This document shows positions 1 to 13,302 of a stretch of 64,000 nt of DNA, one piece after another (the first letter of the stretch is position 1; the number at the start of each line of letters is the position of its first letter). The notes under the pieces are model-generated. The model was given only the letters and a program-made list of their open reading frames with translations, was not told the DNA's origin and searched no databases. Source of the stretch: Octopus sinensis (Eukaryota); NCBI RefSeq assembly GCF_006345805.1, contig NC_043009.1, forward strand, positions 34,286,001 to 34,350,000, in the 5' to 3' direction. Made by a program: the position numbers and the translations under genes.

Positions 1-200
1 TATATATGTGTGTGTGTGTGTATATATATGTTTGTATATATATATGTGTGTGTGTGTTGTATATATATATATATATATATATGTTATCAATTCATTCATT
101 ATTAATTGAATTAATGGAGGTTCTGTCTCAATTCTATATATATGTATATATACACATATATATGTGTCTGTGTGTGTGTATATATGTTTGTATATATATA

Positions 201-235
<35 letters not shown>

Positions 236-432
236 GTTATCAATTCATTCATTATTAATTGAATTAATGGAGGTTCTGTCTCAATTCTATATATATGTAA
301 TATATCGTGAAATTTTATTTAGTATTACTAAATCGAGTCTGTTTTCCCCGGTTTCCTTGGAATTTTATATTCCTTACTATTAATTATTATATCCATGTAT
401 ATGTGTGTGTATGTATGTATATATATATATAT

Positions 433-465
<33 letters not shown>

Positions 466-480
466 TATATGTATGTATGT
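1..480. repeat. Compound (TA)n/(TG)n/(CA)n microsatellites with a 153-bp tandem duplication
   Basis: Unique 64-bp core gttatcaattc...ctatatatatgta at 83 and 236. Confidence 0.9.
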
Positions 481-483
481 GTA

Positions 484-880
484 TCATCATCATCATTTAG
501 CGTCTGCTTTCCTTGCTAGCATGGGTTGGACGGTTCAACTGGGGTCTGGGAAGCCAGAATGCTGCATCAGGCCCAGTCTGATCTGGCAATGTTTCTACGG
601 CTGGATGCCCTTCCTAACGCCAACCACTCCATAAGTGTAGTGGGTGCTTTTTACGTGCTGGACGGGGCTGGCAAACGGCCACGGTAGGACGGTGCTTTTT
701 ATGTGCCACTGGCACGGGGACTAGGTGAGGCTGGCAATGGCCATGATTGGATGGTGCTTTTTATGTGCCACCGGCACAGAGGCCCATCGGGGCGGCGCTG
801 GCAACGGCCACGTTCGGATGGTTTGCTTACATGCCACCAGCACTGGTATCACAGCTACAATTTCCATTGATGTTGATCGA
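484..880 (-). mobile_element. RTE LINE 3' UTR/tail fragment
   Basis: Reverse complement of the tail ggttggcgttaggaagggcatccag...gatgatgatg and upstream units seen at 39-40.7 kb. Confidence 0.8.
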
Positions 881-1310
881 TGTATATATATATATAGGTA
901 TGTGTATATATATCTATGTGTTTGTATATGTATGTATATATGTAATGTATATCTATGTATATATATATATTATATATGTATGTATTTATATATGTATGTA
1001 TATATATATATATATGTGTGTGTGTATGTATATATATGTATTTATATATATGTTTGTATATATATATATGTGTGTGTGTGTGTATGTATATATATATGTA
1101 TGTATTTATATATATGTTTGTATATATATATATGTGTATGTATATATGTGTGTGTTTATATATATGTGTGTATGTATATATAGATGTGTGTGTATATATA
1201 TGTGTATGTGTATATGTGTGTATATATATATATGTGTGTGTGTATTTGTATATGTGTGTATATATATATGTATGTGTGTGTGTATATATATATGTTTTGT
1301 ATATATAAAT
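880..1310. repeat. Long degenerate (TA)/(TG) microsatellite
   Basis: Seen directly. Confidence 0.95.
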
Positions 1311-1404
1311 AAATGTCTGTTTATCAATGTAAAATTACTTCTAGTTGTGATGTCTTTTTATTTTGGTAGCTCTTCATCTCCGTTATCGGAATATATATAT
1401 ATAT

Positions 1405-1800
1405 TAGGTGCAGGAGTGGCTGTGTGATAAGAAGCTTGCTTCCCAACCACATGGTTGTGGGTTCAGTCGCACTGCCTGGCACCTTGGGCAAGTGTCTTCT
1501 TCTATAGACTCGGGTCGACCAAAGCCTTATGAGGGGATTTGGTAGACAGAAACTGAAAGAAGCCCGTCATATACATACATATATATATATGTGTGTGTGT
1601 GTCTGTGTTTGTCACCCCACTATTGCTTGAAAACTTATGTTGGTATGTTTACATCCCCGTAACTTAGTGGTTTGGCCTAAGAGACCGATAGAATAAGTAC
1701 TAGGCTTACAAAGAACAAGTCCTGGGGTTGATTTGTTCAACTAAATGTGGTGCTCCAGCATGGCCACAATCAAATGACTGAAACAAATAAAAGAAAAGAA
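1405..1800 (+). mobile_element. tRNA-headed SINE with internal microsatellite
   Basis: A-box TGGCTGTGTG, B-box GGTTCAGTC, shared body ggcaagtgtcttct...ccaaagccttgtgagtggatt and tail gctccagcatggcc...tgactgaaacaa; many copies in window. Confidence 0.85.
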
Positions 1801-1821
1801 TACACACACACACACACACAC

Positions 1822-2180
1822 AGGCACATAGGTGTGGCTGTGGTAAAAAGCTTGCTTCTCAACCACATGGTTCTGGGCTCAGTCCCACTGCATGAAACAT
1901 TGGGCAAGTGTCTTCTGCCATAGCCTTGGGCTGACCAAAGCCTTGTGAGTGGATTTTGTCAATGGAAACTGAAATAAGCCAGTTTGTGTGTTTGTTTATA
2001 TGTTTATATCTATATGTATGTCTTTGTGTTTGTCCCCCACTACCAGACAACTGGTGTTGGTGTGTTTATGGTAGTTCTGCAAAAGAGAGTGATATAATAA
2101 GTCCTGGGGTCGATTTGCTCGACTAAAGGCAGTGCTCCAACATGGCCGCAGTCAGATGACTGAAACAAGTATAAAGAGTA
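1822..2180 (+). mobile_element. Second tRNA-headed SINE copy, tandem to the first
   Basis: Same head, body and tail. Confidence 0.8.
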
Positions 2181-2449
2181 AAAAGTATCATTATCATTTA
2201 ACTTCTGTTTTACATGCTGGCATGGGGTGGATGGTTTTACAGGAGCTGGCTAGACTCCATACAGTCACACATTAGTTTCTTCTAGTGCTTCAATTCTGTT
2301 TATGTACATACATTTTACTTAATAGCTGACATTTAGCAATGGTTTCTGTCATTATTTTTTATGACATGAGTATGCTAGTTTATAATAAAACTGATGTCTT
2401 TGATGTATTGCATCCTTACCCTAAGCACTAAGTAGAATTCCGTGAATTC

Positions 2450-2654
2450 TTGAGTATTCAGATCACTCTGTCAAATGTTAGGTTTATTTATTCACATTGT
2501 TTTGAATTAATCCTGCATTATTTTGGAGCTTTGAGAAGTCGATGATGTGATTATTTTTCAGAATGACATTGTAGGGTATGTATGAGAGGCCAGATCTGGC
2601 CATAAAACAGATAGAATATTTTGGGCTGGATATGACTGGTTTAAAAAGGGTTAA
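2450..2654 (+). mobile_element. TTAA-flanked MITE, 5'-eroded copy
   Basis: Aligns to 10554-10781 and 13456-13673; ends aaagggttaa. Confidence 0.75.
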
Positions 2655-2699
2655 TTCATCATGTGGTTGAGCTTGCTTGGACATTTTTAACCAGAGGAT

Positions 2700-3030
2700 C
2701 TACTGTCTTTGGTGAGTTGATCTACATATCTTGTATTTGGATGACCTGCTCAAGTATGGCCATGCTTTGGGATCCATAGCAGTAGGTCATTTGCCAGCTT
2801 TTGTTTAGCTCTCCTGCAATGTCCTGCGAAATGCAAGTGTCTTTCTCTTATGATTGTAGAAACAGGCAGGAGATATTCATGCTGACATTTCTTGGTGGGA
2901 TGAGTTCTCCAAGATATGTTTAAGACTGATGTAATGATAATGCTTGTCCGTCAGGTCCCCAGTTGTAGATATACATGTTAGCTGTGCATATTCAATAAAG
3001 AGTCTCAGACAAAATTACAGGTTGCCCTTT
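2700..3030 (-). mobile_element. Decayed RTE-X-like LINE ORF2 C-terminal fragment
   Basis: Minus strand reads VLNISWRTHPTK...IRERHLHFAGHCRRAKQKLANDLLLWIPKHG. Confidence 0.7.
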
Positions 3031-3394
3031 GGCAAGTCATAGCACCTGTCAGCCACCTAGCCAGGGTCATGTTGTAATCCTGAAAAGAGTAGAAATGCCA
3101 ATATCATTGGAATAGAGGATGGTAATAGGGAATGAAATACAAAAAAAAAAACTATTTTTGAATTTCTTCTCACTTTGCAGAGCAAATTACACTTTTGTGA
3201 AACTTTGTCTGGGAAACTCACCAGTTTAACTTGCTCTACATTTGTCTATAGGACCTTTGATCATAGGCAAGGAATTAGTAATCAAAAGACATTTCATGAC
3301 TTGCATTTCATTAAAACTAGGATATAATGTATTCTCTGTCAGGTTATTACCTATGGAAGGATTATTAATGAGGTTAGTATATTTTTGAAACATT

Positions 3395-4302
3395 GGCTAT
3401 AACAGACATGTGTAGGCTTGAAAGAAATGAAGCCAGTATTCTTTGCTGGATGTGCAATGTCAGTGTGCATGTTTGACAGAGAAAAGTTAGGCATAAGGGG
3501 AACCAGATGTAGTGTGCAAGAGACATAACTGCACTGGTATGGATGAGGACAGCTGTGTAAAGAAGTGCTGATCTTTAACTGTGGACGGAACCTGTGGTAG
3601 AGGTAGACCCTGGAAGACATGAGACACAGTGGTGAAGCATGATCTTTGAACCTTGAACATCACAGAGGCAATGACTAGTGACTGAGACCTTTGACGATGT
3701 ACTCTGCTTAAGTGGACTCATCAAGCCGAGCCTACCCATGCTGGTTGCACATAAGGAAATCAACCTTGAACGTTGGCATAGTGGCTGAGTTCTTTTGAGC
3801 GTTGGGACTAGGCCCAACAGAGGCAAAGTGGCTGAGATCCTTTCAAGCATTGGGCCTCATGGAGGCAAGTGGCTGAGTTCTTTTTGAGTGTTGGGCCTCA
3901 CAGAAGCAAGGTGGCTGAGTTCCTTTTGAGTGTTGGGCTTCACAGAGGCAAGGTGGCTGAGTTCCTTTTGAGCATTGGGCCCCATGGGGGCAAAGTGGCC
4001 AAGTTCCTTTTGAGTGTTGGGTCTTACTGAGGCAGTGACCAAGACCTTTGACATTATGACCCATCAGGCTGTGCAAAATCACAGTCATGGTAGATACCAG
4101 TGTCACACAAATGGCACCCGTGCCAGTGGCACATAAAAACACCCATTAAACTCTGAGTGGTTGGCATTAGGAAGGGCATCCAACTGTAGAAAACCATGCC
4201 AAATCAGACTGGAGCCTGGCGCAGCCTTCCCGTGTGCCAGCCCAAGTCAAACCATTCAACCCAAGCCAGCATGGACAACAGACGTTAAATGATGATAATG
4301 AT
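3395..4302 (+). mobile_element. RTE LINE 3' end with 42-bp minisatellite and tail
   Basis: WMCNVSVH...LHWYG motif, seven ~42-bp units 3781-4050, tail ending gacgttaaatgatgataatgatg. Confidence 0.85.
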
Positions 4303-5426
4303 GAATTAATGTATTAAAGATGCATATAGAAAAACAAGGTTACATTTACAAAATAGGTAAAAGTTTGTTTGGAGTGACAATAAGATTTTGAGGAAAATTT
4401 AGGGTAATTCTAGTTTGCTTAAATACAGGTCATTGACTGCATTTGTAGATATATGTAAAGTTTTTAAGGATAAATGTTTATACTCTTCCAACATTACAAT
4501 AGATATTAAATTCAATTAGCCCTTCAAACTCTGGCTTTCATTTTATGCACAAGCAGTACTGTCTTAGTAAAAAAATATGAATATACATTGACACATGTTT
4601 GAAATGCCATTTGAAATCAGCATTATCAGTTTCATGAATATTGACTACAGTCCTCAAGATAAAGGATAATGTTATACATTCATTGGTGGTGGAGAATCTT
4701 TTGCTACCATATTTCTGTTGAAATACACTATTTTTGTTTCAATTAATTTTGAAAATAAGGAATTTAGTAAAATATCTGTCATTATTAATCTAGACAAAAT
4801 GCTTAGTGGCACTTCTTCTGGCTTTACATTTTGAGTTTAAATACCACTAAGGTTGACTTTGCTTTTCATTCATTTGGGGTCAATAAGTACCAGTTGAGCA
4901 CTTAGCTCTTCACTTCAAAAATTTCAGGTCTTGTGACTATGGTAAAAAAAGAATTAAGTTTTTGTTTGGAACATAAATTAACATAGAATTTTGATGGAAG
5001 ATTTTAATTTAGAAATTTAAAACTGAAAATTTGTATCTTAGAACTAGGGATGGTCTAACACAGGTTAAGGGATATTGCTTGGACTTATCACCATTTTAAG
5101 TGTGATCAGGGATTAAGAGATTTCGACCTTTTTTTAAATGATACTGATAATCACAAGTTCATACATTTACAGAGTAGGAATAGAGGTAACTGGATTGACC
5201 CTAGAATGATGAAATGTGAAATCACTCAAAGTGAGTTTTGAACTCAAAATATAGAAAGATGAAACTAAATACAGTGAGATTTAGTTCTGCATTCCTCCAT
5301 TTTGTAATTTCTTAGTCAATACCTATATTTATATTGAGATTGCTTTTGCTTGCCCTTATTCTCATTGTCTAGTTTTCTATCAGAAATTTGCTAGCCAGCA
5401 TGTTGTTAGAGAGACACAAATGAATA

Positions 5427-5854
5427 GTTTAGTTTTCAGGTAGTTAAAACAGATCCTTTTTATTTTTGTTTATGAGAGGATTAATAGCTGTACATTGTAA
5501 CCTAGTAAAACTCTAGTGATTGTGATTATTTAAAGTTTGACAAAAGACAGTTTATTGCTGTTGTTGGAGTATTTCTTTCTTGGTAAGTAGACTAACAACC
5601 ACTATTGGCTTTTTCTACTGTAACTTTTAATTCTATCTTGCAAGGCAATAAAATATAACAGACTAGATTGCCTAAATCTCTTAGTATTTAGTTTAATTAC
5701 TTGTTGAATCTTGCTGGTCTCTCTGCATTGTCGCCAAACTTTAAATAATCACAATCACTAGAGTTTTACTAGGTTACAATGTACAGCTATTAATCCTCTC
5801 ATAAACAAGAATAAAAAGGGTCTGTGATCTGTTTTAACTACCTGAAAACTAAAC
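5427..5854. repeat. Long inverted repeat (arms ~5427-5539 and ~5735-5854)
   Basis: Arms are near-exact reverse complements apart from a 7-nt insertion and rare substitutions; ~195-nt spacer. Confidence 0.9.
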
Positions 5855-8800
5855 ATAACATTATTATTCCCTCTCATGAGCGTATTGGTCTAGTATCTCT
5901 GGTTGTCATGAAATTAAGCAGATGATGTCTTCCACTGGATTAGAAGCCTGTCTACTGTAAACCTTTATGGGTAGAATTGAACTCTGTTTAACCAATTCTA
6001 TAATGCTGTTAGTGTTAAAATGTAGCACTTATAGCAGCTAGTTGATATTGGGCTAATGAAAGATAAGTGTCAAGACCAGAGATAAGGAATCTCTGAACTA
6101 CCACTGAAATTTTGACTTCATCAAATTTGAAACTGCTTTGCTGAGTGTTTCGGGAAATGTTTGAGTCTTAAGACAGTAGTTTATTACATTGCTTTCAACA
6201 ATCTCTGATGATACTGAAAGCATTATTACTGTCTAATAAAACTAACATTAATTATAATTAATGTCACTGCTTAGTGTTATCATGTATATACATATGAATT
6301 TGTAAGATTCCTAATTATCAGCACTGATGCACCTCTAGGTTTTTACTTGAAATTCACTCCTGGTATTAAAGTTCTCCACCCCTGAAAAAAATCATTGATA
6401 CATAACAGCACTGTTGATTGCCTGGTGTTTTCAACTGACTAAAACATCTGTACTCTCCAGTTCTCTATTATATTAAGTGAGGTTATAGTTTACATGCTCT
6501 AAATTAGGGTGGTAGTAAGAGTTCCACAGCTGTTACAATGATCACATGCTTTTATGAGAACAAAAGTAAAACATGATTTACTCTAATGCAAAATATTTTA
6601 TGAGTTTCATACTCACATATGAATCTTCTGTTGGCATCAATGATAAAAATTCCAATTATTCAACAAACTTCTGCTCACTGAATTTTTCTGTAGGCACATA
6701 TAACTTTAGTGTATAATACTCAGGCAAAATGTACCTAACACAGTGTGTAATAAAAATAGATCCTTTGAATTACAGTTTATTCAGATTACTTCCATACAGT
6801 TCCCATCTGTTCACTTTCACTCAGTATGGTTGGGTTAACCTCATGCTAAAGTGTTATGTAGTGGAATCAAATCTGGGACCTTGTTATTGTGAAGTGACTT
6901 TTTTAACCACTTTGCCATCCCTTCATCCATTTCCACACACTTTGCACAGTCACACACATACACTCTCTCTCTCTCTTTCGTACACATATATAAATTGGGT
7001 AGTTCTTAATTGAATCATTTGAATATTATTACAGCTAAGTAGTCTTAGTTCTAACAACTTAACCTTGAATTAAAGTCTGGTCTGAAACTAACAAGGTAAA
7101 GTTCTTTTGTTATAGTACAAGTGGAACATTCTGAAACCATTTTCACCTTATGTCCATTGAATCTTTGACATTCTTCCTATACTTAATGTAATGTTACCTG
7201 ATTACTGTTTATAAAAACTGTCTTCTCTACATAGATGTGCAGGATTGGTTTAAAGCCTTATAGTTATGTCCATTCACCTACAGGACCCTGTCCATGCACT
7301 CAATCTATTCCCATCATGCTTTCACTTACAATAGTTACATCTCTGAGTTACATTTTAGGACTGCCACACCTCATCTTTAACGCTGTCTCATCTGCTATCA
7401 CCTATCAACCTTTCATATATGCTATTGTCACCCACCTCCCACCTTTGTCCTCTACAACTATGTACTTTTGATGTACTTCTGCTGCACCCATCTCTGTCCT
7501 GTACATATCTCTCTCTTTCTCTCATCCCCAATCTCTCACCACTTACATTTTTAAAATTTATCTACAGATTTATTATACTGCTGCTCTCTGCCCTTCCTGC
7601 ATCACCACTTGTTATCCCCTTCCTGCATTTACATTAAATGAAATCTGCTGCTCAGCACATCAGTAATCATCGTGTGAACTTGACTTTCAGTATCTCTCTA
7701 CATATGTAGATTTAAGATTCTTCTATCCTCTTTCTGGGACAGTTTGTCTTGTGCACATTTACCAATACAAAAGCTATTCATTTAGTTTGCTATATCAAAT
7801 ACATACAAATGTACAAAATCGATTTAGTGTTGACCATGAAATGTTCTCCATTTTCCATCCCAGCTGGGCTAATTTAATCTTAAGCTTAAATTTAATGCTA
7901 TTATTAAATGATCCTTTATTGAGCACTTCAGTGTAATAGTAAGCTCTCAGCAAGCTGAGTCTATAATCTGCTTCTTTTTTTCCTTCCACTTCTTGGTTGA
8001 AATCATTTCACATGGCTTTCCATCCCTTAATCTCATTTTGGAAAACTGTTATATTTTTCTTTTGAATTCACTCAATATGCTCATGCTTTTATTTCTATTG
8101 ACTTTATTAGGTACTGAATTCAATCAGCAATTTTCTACATGAGAATTCTTAGAATGAGATATGCTAGTAGCTACCAATAATTATCACAAGTGCTTGATTT
8201 GTTACTTTATTCTCAATATGGATGTTTTGTTATGGATGTTTTTTTTTCCTTTTTTATCCTCTTCATTAAAAGTAATCTATGAGATAATGTCTAAGCTGGT
8301 TTGTTATATCAAATCAGCAATACCAGTTGAATACACTAACATTTATAGCTCTGCTCCTCTATTCAATTGAATAAGGCCAGTTTTTGTTTCTTTGAATGAT
8401 CCTAATTTGGATCTATTGATTTCTACTTGATGGAATGTAATTTTTTTTGTTCATTTTGTAATTTTCTTTGTAATGTTAAAAGGTTTTATATGTGTATTAG
8501 TTTGTGAGAGGATGTTTTTGTGGTAGTATCTGTAAACAGTTGGGTATTTGTAATGTGCATTATTTTGTGACTGCATCTTCGTGTGGTAGTAATATTATAT
8601 ATGGGTCTCTATTTTATTGTGCAGAGATGAAAATAGTCATATTTCATATTGGATTTCCTATTGTCATTTGCAAAAAGGGGTATTTGAACCCAGCACCCAA
8701 ACTTAATATATTGAAGCTGCTACTTATAGACAACCGTGCTGTGCCCATAGTATTATCTCTAGGTAGATAAGTAGAATGAATGATTGTCACTGAAGTGCCT

Positions 8801-9721
8801 TTCACATGCGGATAATGTAGTACAGTAGATTACATATGAATCATCAAAACAATTTCTTTGATGCTGTGGAGTGAATAGTGATAAGTCATAGATGTAACAC
8901 AATCTTTTGTTGATACTTATTGATATCTAAATACTATTAAAAAGTAAGACAAAAATGAATATAAGCATGTGCGTGTTTTAAATGACTTTTATCATGTTAT
9001 CACAATGTAACTGATTCAGATCAAGTTGTTTGTTAACCAAATTTAACTTCAAAACTATTAGTCTAAAATATAAAACGTATGTTCCTTTTAAAAATATACA
9101 ATCTATGAATTTACAATCTTCCGATTACTGTCGATAGAGAAAAGATGCTTTTTGTGATGCAAAAAGAGGAAGAGTGTAGCATTCGTTGTTTGTCATTTTT
9201 TTTAATGTACTTTTATCTTGATTTTTGTCCAAGTACAAGCATGACTGTAAAATACAGTGAAGAATTTAGCTTTACAATCATTTGCATTTTGGGTTCAGTT
9301 CCCTGCATGAGCATGTGTATTTCTATTACAGTTCCAAACCAACCAAAGCTTTGTGAGTGGATTTGGTGGACAGAAAACGAAAAAAGCCCATCATATATGT
9401 ACGTGTGTGCATGAATGTGTATGTGTGTGTGTGTGTGTGTGTGCACCTCTTTGTCTTGACATTGGGCAGTAGTTATAAACATCACCATCATACAAATGGT
9501 GTTGTTTTTGTTTGCAATCTTCTGGATGTCATCATTATGATTTTATTTAGATTTATGGAAAAGGTTTTTAAGTATTTAACTGGGCAGTTACTATGCATAT
9601 TTGGCATTTACTTATTTCATTACCAATAATTCAAGTAGTAGAATGACGGAACTTGTAGAGCATTTGACAAAATGCTTTGTGGTACTTTGGTGCCTTTCAT
9701 TTTTCTTGATTTATCTTTTAT

Positions 9722-9918
9722 CTTTCACTTGTTTCAGTCATTTGACTGTGGCCATGCTGGAGCGCCGCGTTTTTTAGTTGAGCAAATCGACCCCAGTACT
9801 TATTCTATCGGTCTCTTTTGCCGAACCGCTAAGTTACGGGTACGTAAACACCAGCATTAGTTGTCAAGCAATGTTGGGGGGGGGGGGACAAACACAGACA
9901 CACAAACATACACACACA

Positions 9919-9989
<71 letters not shown>

Positions 9990-10172
9990 ATATATACATA
10001 CATACACGACGGGCTTCTTTCAGTTTCCGTCTACCAAATCCATTCACAAGGCTTTGGTCGGCTCAAGGCTATAGTAGAAAACACTTGCCCAAGGTGCCAC
10101 GCAGTGGGAATGAACCCGGAACCATGTGGTTGGTAAGCAAGCTACTTACCATACAGCCACTCCTGCGCCTAT
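9722..10172 (-). mobile_element. Full-length, well-preserved tRNA-headed SINE
   Basis: Minus strand begins ataggcgcaggagtggctgtatggtaagtagcttgc...ggttcattcccactgcgtggcacc; CpGs retained. Confidence 0.9.
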
Positions 10173-10553
10173 TTGATAAAAATTAGTATCAGTCATACAG
10201 TAAAATTAATGACCCCCACTTCCTACCCAATCTATGGCTTTGTAATAATTTGTGTAGGTTTTTATTCTGCTCAATTGTTACATTGACTGCTAATATAACC
10301 TAATTCTTCATGTTCCAGGCTATTTACTTAATTACAACTAATTCTCAGCTATTTTACATCAAATCCTTCAATTAAACAGACATTTTAATAGCAATGCCTC
10401 ATTGGTTACAAGTTTCCAACAGGTCAATCACTGGTTCCTTATACCTGACTGAATGATTTGGCTGTGTCTGTGCAACTTGGCTAGAACAAATGCCATACAT
10501 GATATATTTGTTGAAAAGCATTTGTTTATTGGTTTTCTCGCTAATGTTTACCA

Positions 10554-10781
10554 TTAACCCTTTAGTGGTCTCATTATTCTGCCAAAATTAATCCTCTTTC
10601 ATCCACATTGCTTGAACTAATCAGGCATTATCTTGTAGCTATGAGATTTTTATGAGGTAGCTGTTAATTTTTAAAACGACATTGTAGGGTTGGTCTGATA
10701 GACCACATCTGGCCAGTTTGAACATAAAACAGACAGAATATTTTTGGTCGGATATGGCCGGTTTAAATGTTAAAGGGTTAA
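10554..10781 (+). mobile_element. Complete piggyBac-like MITE (228 bp including flanking TTAAs)
   Basis: TTAA-CCCTTTAG ... TAAAGGG-TTAA termini. Confidence 0.8.
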
Positions 10782-13302
10782 ACATTGCTGAAATATATAC
10801 GTATGCTCTTTCTTTTGCCTTAAGCATTATTTGTAAATCCAACTACATGTTTATAAGTACTAATTTCAACATCCAGAATTGGCAGAACACATTCACTTTG
10901 GTTGGTAATATAGTCACATAGAAAGCAATATTTGTGGGATTCATCTATCATAGTGGAATGTTCTCTTTGCTGTCTTAAGCATACTTGTGTCAGATAGATA
11001 GATATAATCAGAAAAGTAGAAAGACCAACTTGGTTTTGAAGGACAGTGAAAGCAGAGGTCAAGTAGTCAGAAGGGAAGCCAGACATCAAATATACTCAGC
11101 TAGGGGTGGAGCAGAAAGGGATAAATTTGCACAAGTTTTGTGATGTGAAAATCAGAGGATTGAAGTGTTCCCTATTGTAAGAGTGTATTTAAAAAAACTG
11201 ATGTGTCCTAGGGTAAGAAGTATATATTTTCTCTATCACAATTTGTAATACTTGCAGATAACCAATATTCCCTTTTACCATCACTTCTTATTATTCTGAA
11301 TTCTGCACCCCGCCCCCCCCCTCAATGATCCTATATTTAAAAGAGTGTATCAAACTATTGTCATCACTCTACCCATCTCTAGGACTATGTATAAGACTGC
11401 ATCATACTATCTGTACCTGATACACACTAAAACCTATTTGTACTGCCACTGTCACTCTCTCTCTCTCTCTCTCTCCCTCCCTCCCCTAGACATTTTCCAT
11501 TTATCACCCTTTATCTACTCTTGCTTTGTTCATACCTGAAATTGCTCATCATTCTCTTTCTGAGTCCACCTTAATATCTTGAGACTTTGATTCTTATTCA
11601 AGTTGCAGAGCAGTAAACTTGTATCTGGGTCCATGTGATTGCAAAGCAAAATTCTTCACCTCACAATTTAGCTGTCATTCCATAAGCTTAATAATAAATA
11701 AAATAAAACCCTGTCTCATAATTTTACCTTTTGACACCTGATGTCTAGAGAATAAAATATAACTGTACAATTTGTTCATGATGCTGTCATTTTTCTTTAA
11801 ATAAGAGAAATGTGTGTCAACTCGTAGCAGTGAAATTTATGAAAGCCTAACATTGCTGGATTCTAACGACTTTGAATAAATAAAAAAGAATTTATCACGT
11901 ATTTAATAATAATAATAATGAAATTATTGTATACAGTGCTCAGGTGCACCACAACTTGTCAGAAAGTGCATATAAAGTACATGCAGTAATGTAAAAATGT
12001 CTGGAAAGTGAACAATGTATGAGTCAGATACATGCCTGTGTGTGTATGGAGGGGAGAAAATCAGGTGTAGTGTTGGCGAATTTTTAAAATCTTCATAAAG
12101 GATTCAGTGAATTCTTTTCAGTGTGTGTGTAGGATAAGGGTCATTCAAAATTATAACTCAACTGGCATAAGTGGTTAAGATAACATTGTTAGATTTAAAT
12201 AATAATTTCTAACATTGGTACAAAGCTACTTATTTTGGTGGAGAATTAATGAAATTTATCCCTGGCAAATTTTGGTATTTTATCCCACCTCCAATGAAAA
12301 CAAAGTAGACTTCAGCTAATTTTGACCTCATAAAATAAAGAACTGTGACTAAATAGCTCAATGTTCCACCAAGTCAGTCAGCCTTACTATTCATTAGTTT
12401 AAGTATCAAGTCACTTGAGTTGGTTCTAATTTGGAGTGACTCTCCTCTTACACATCTTACTTGAATGTTCTGTTTGTGGCATGATATCTACTATTAGATG
12501 TCTTTCCTAATACCAATTACTTCACAGAATGTATTGGATGTATTTTATCATGGTGCCCACACTAGAGGTTGTCTTGTTCTCTGCAAGACTAAACAGCTAT
12601 CTTTACTTAACATTGTCTCTGTTTAAGACAAATATAACTGAATAGAGGAGAGAGAGAGAGAGTAAATTTGTTATGAGGTAAACCACGATTTGAATGAAAG
12701 GATGATAGGAGGGGTAGGAGTAATGAAGGAGATAGTGGTAGCAATATATTCGTTGTCAAGGAGATTGAATGTCAAAGTACCATGATAGGATAGCAGTAAA
12801 GATGTGTGATGGTAATAGGCAAAAATAAAGATGGGCAATAAGTAAATGTTAAAGCGACGTGATATGAAGGAAAGAGATCGATGATTAACAGTAAAGAATG
12901 GTGATGGTCGAGAGTAGTGAATATAGATAGGTCTTATGGTGGTCTTCATTACTTAGACATTATGATGGAAGTGAAGAGTAAACAGATAAGGAGAGAGGGT
13001 AAAATGATAGCAGAGGAGATTGAAAGTGAATAGACCAAATGATATAAGATGGCATAGTATAATGAGTAGGATAAGAGTGATATATGAGAGAGTACAACAA
13101 AGGGAATAGTAAATGGAGAGTTAATCTGAATATATTGGATGACTGGGCAAAACTGTTATCTCAAGCTGAGTAACTTTAACAATATTGATATGATTTGATG
13201 AAATGATTCCAGATAGTTTTGATTATTGTTTTTTTTATAAATTAGCTATTAGTCAACCTGGATCATTACAAACAGTAGCAGTAGTGTTTTTAATGATCCA
13301 GG

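Noticed and set aside
6-1427. Long ORFs rich in Y, I, C, V, M
   Set aside because: Translations of (TA)/(TG) microsatellites, which lack stops by composition; same for ORFs near 9.8-10.1, 36.1-36.4, 54.8, 56.2 and 57.6-57.9 kb
1405-1500. tRNA-like A and B boxes
   Set aside because: SINE heads continuing into a shared repeat body; no complete cloverleaf, so no tRNA gene called
3019-3079. Possible minus-strand exon (ctcttttcag...GTAATT; DYNMTLARWLTGAMTCQRAT)
   Set aside because: No partner exons found; it is contiguous with the RTE-X fragment and its RAT end matches the LINE motif FRATVESVLLYG
8400-9300. U/G-rich stretch resembling a 3' UTR, and a weak CpG patch as CANX promoter
   Set aside because: No associated coding exon, clear poly(A) signal or convincing donor; unsupported
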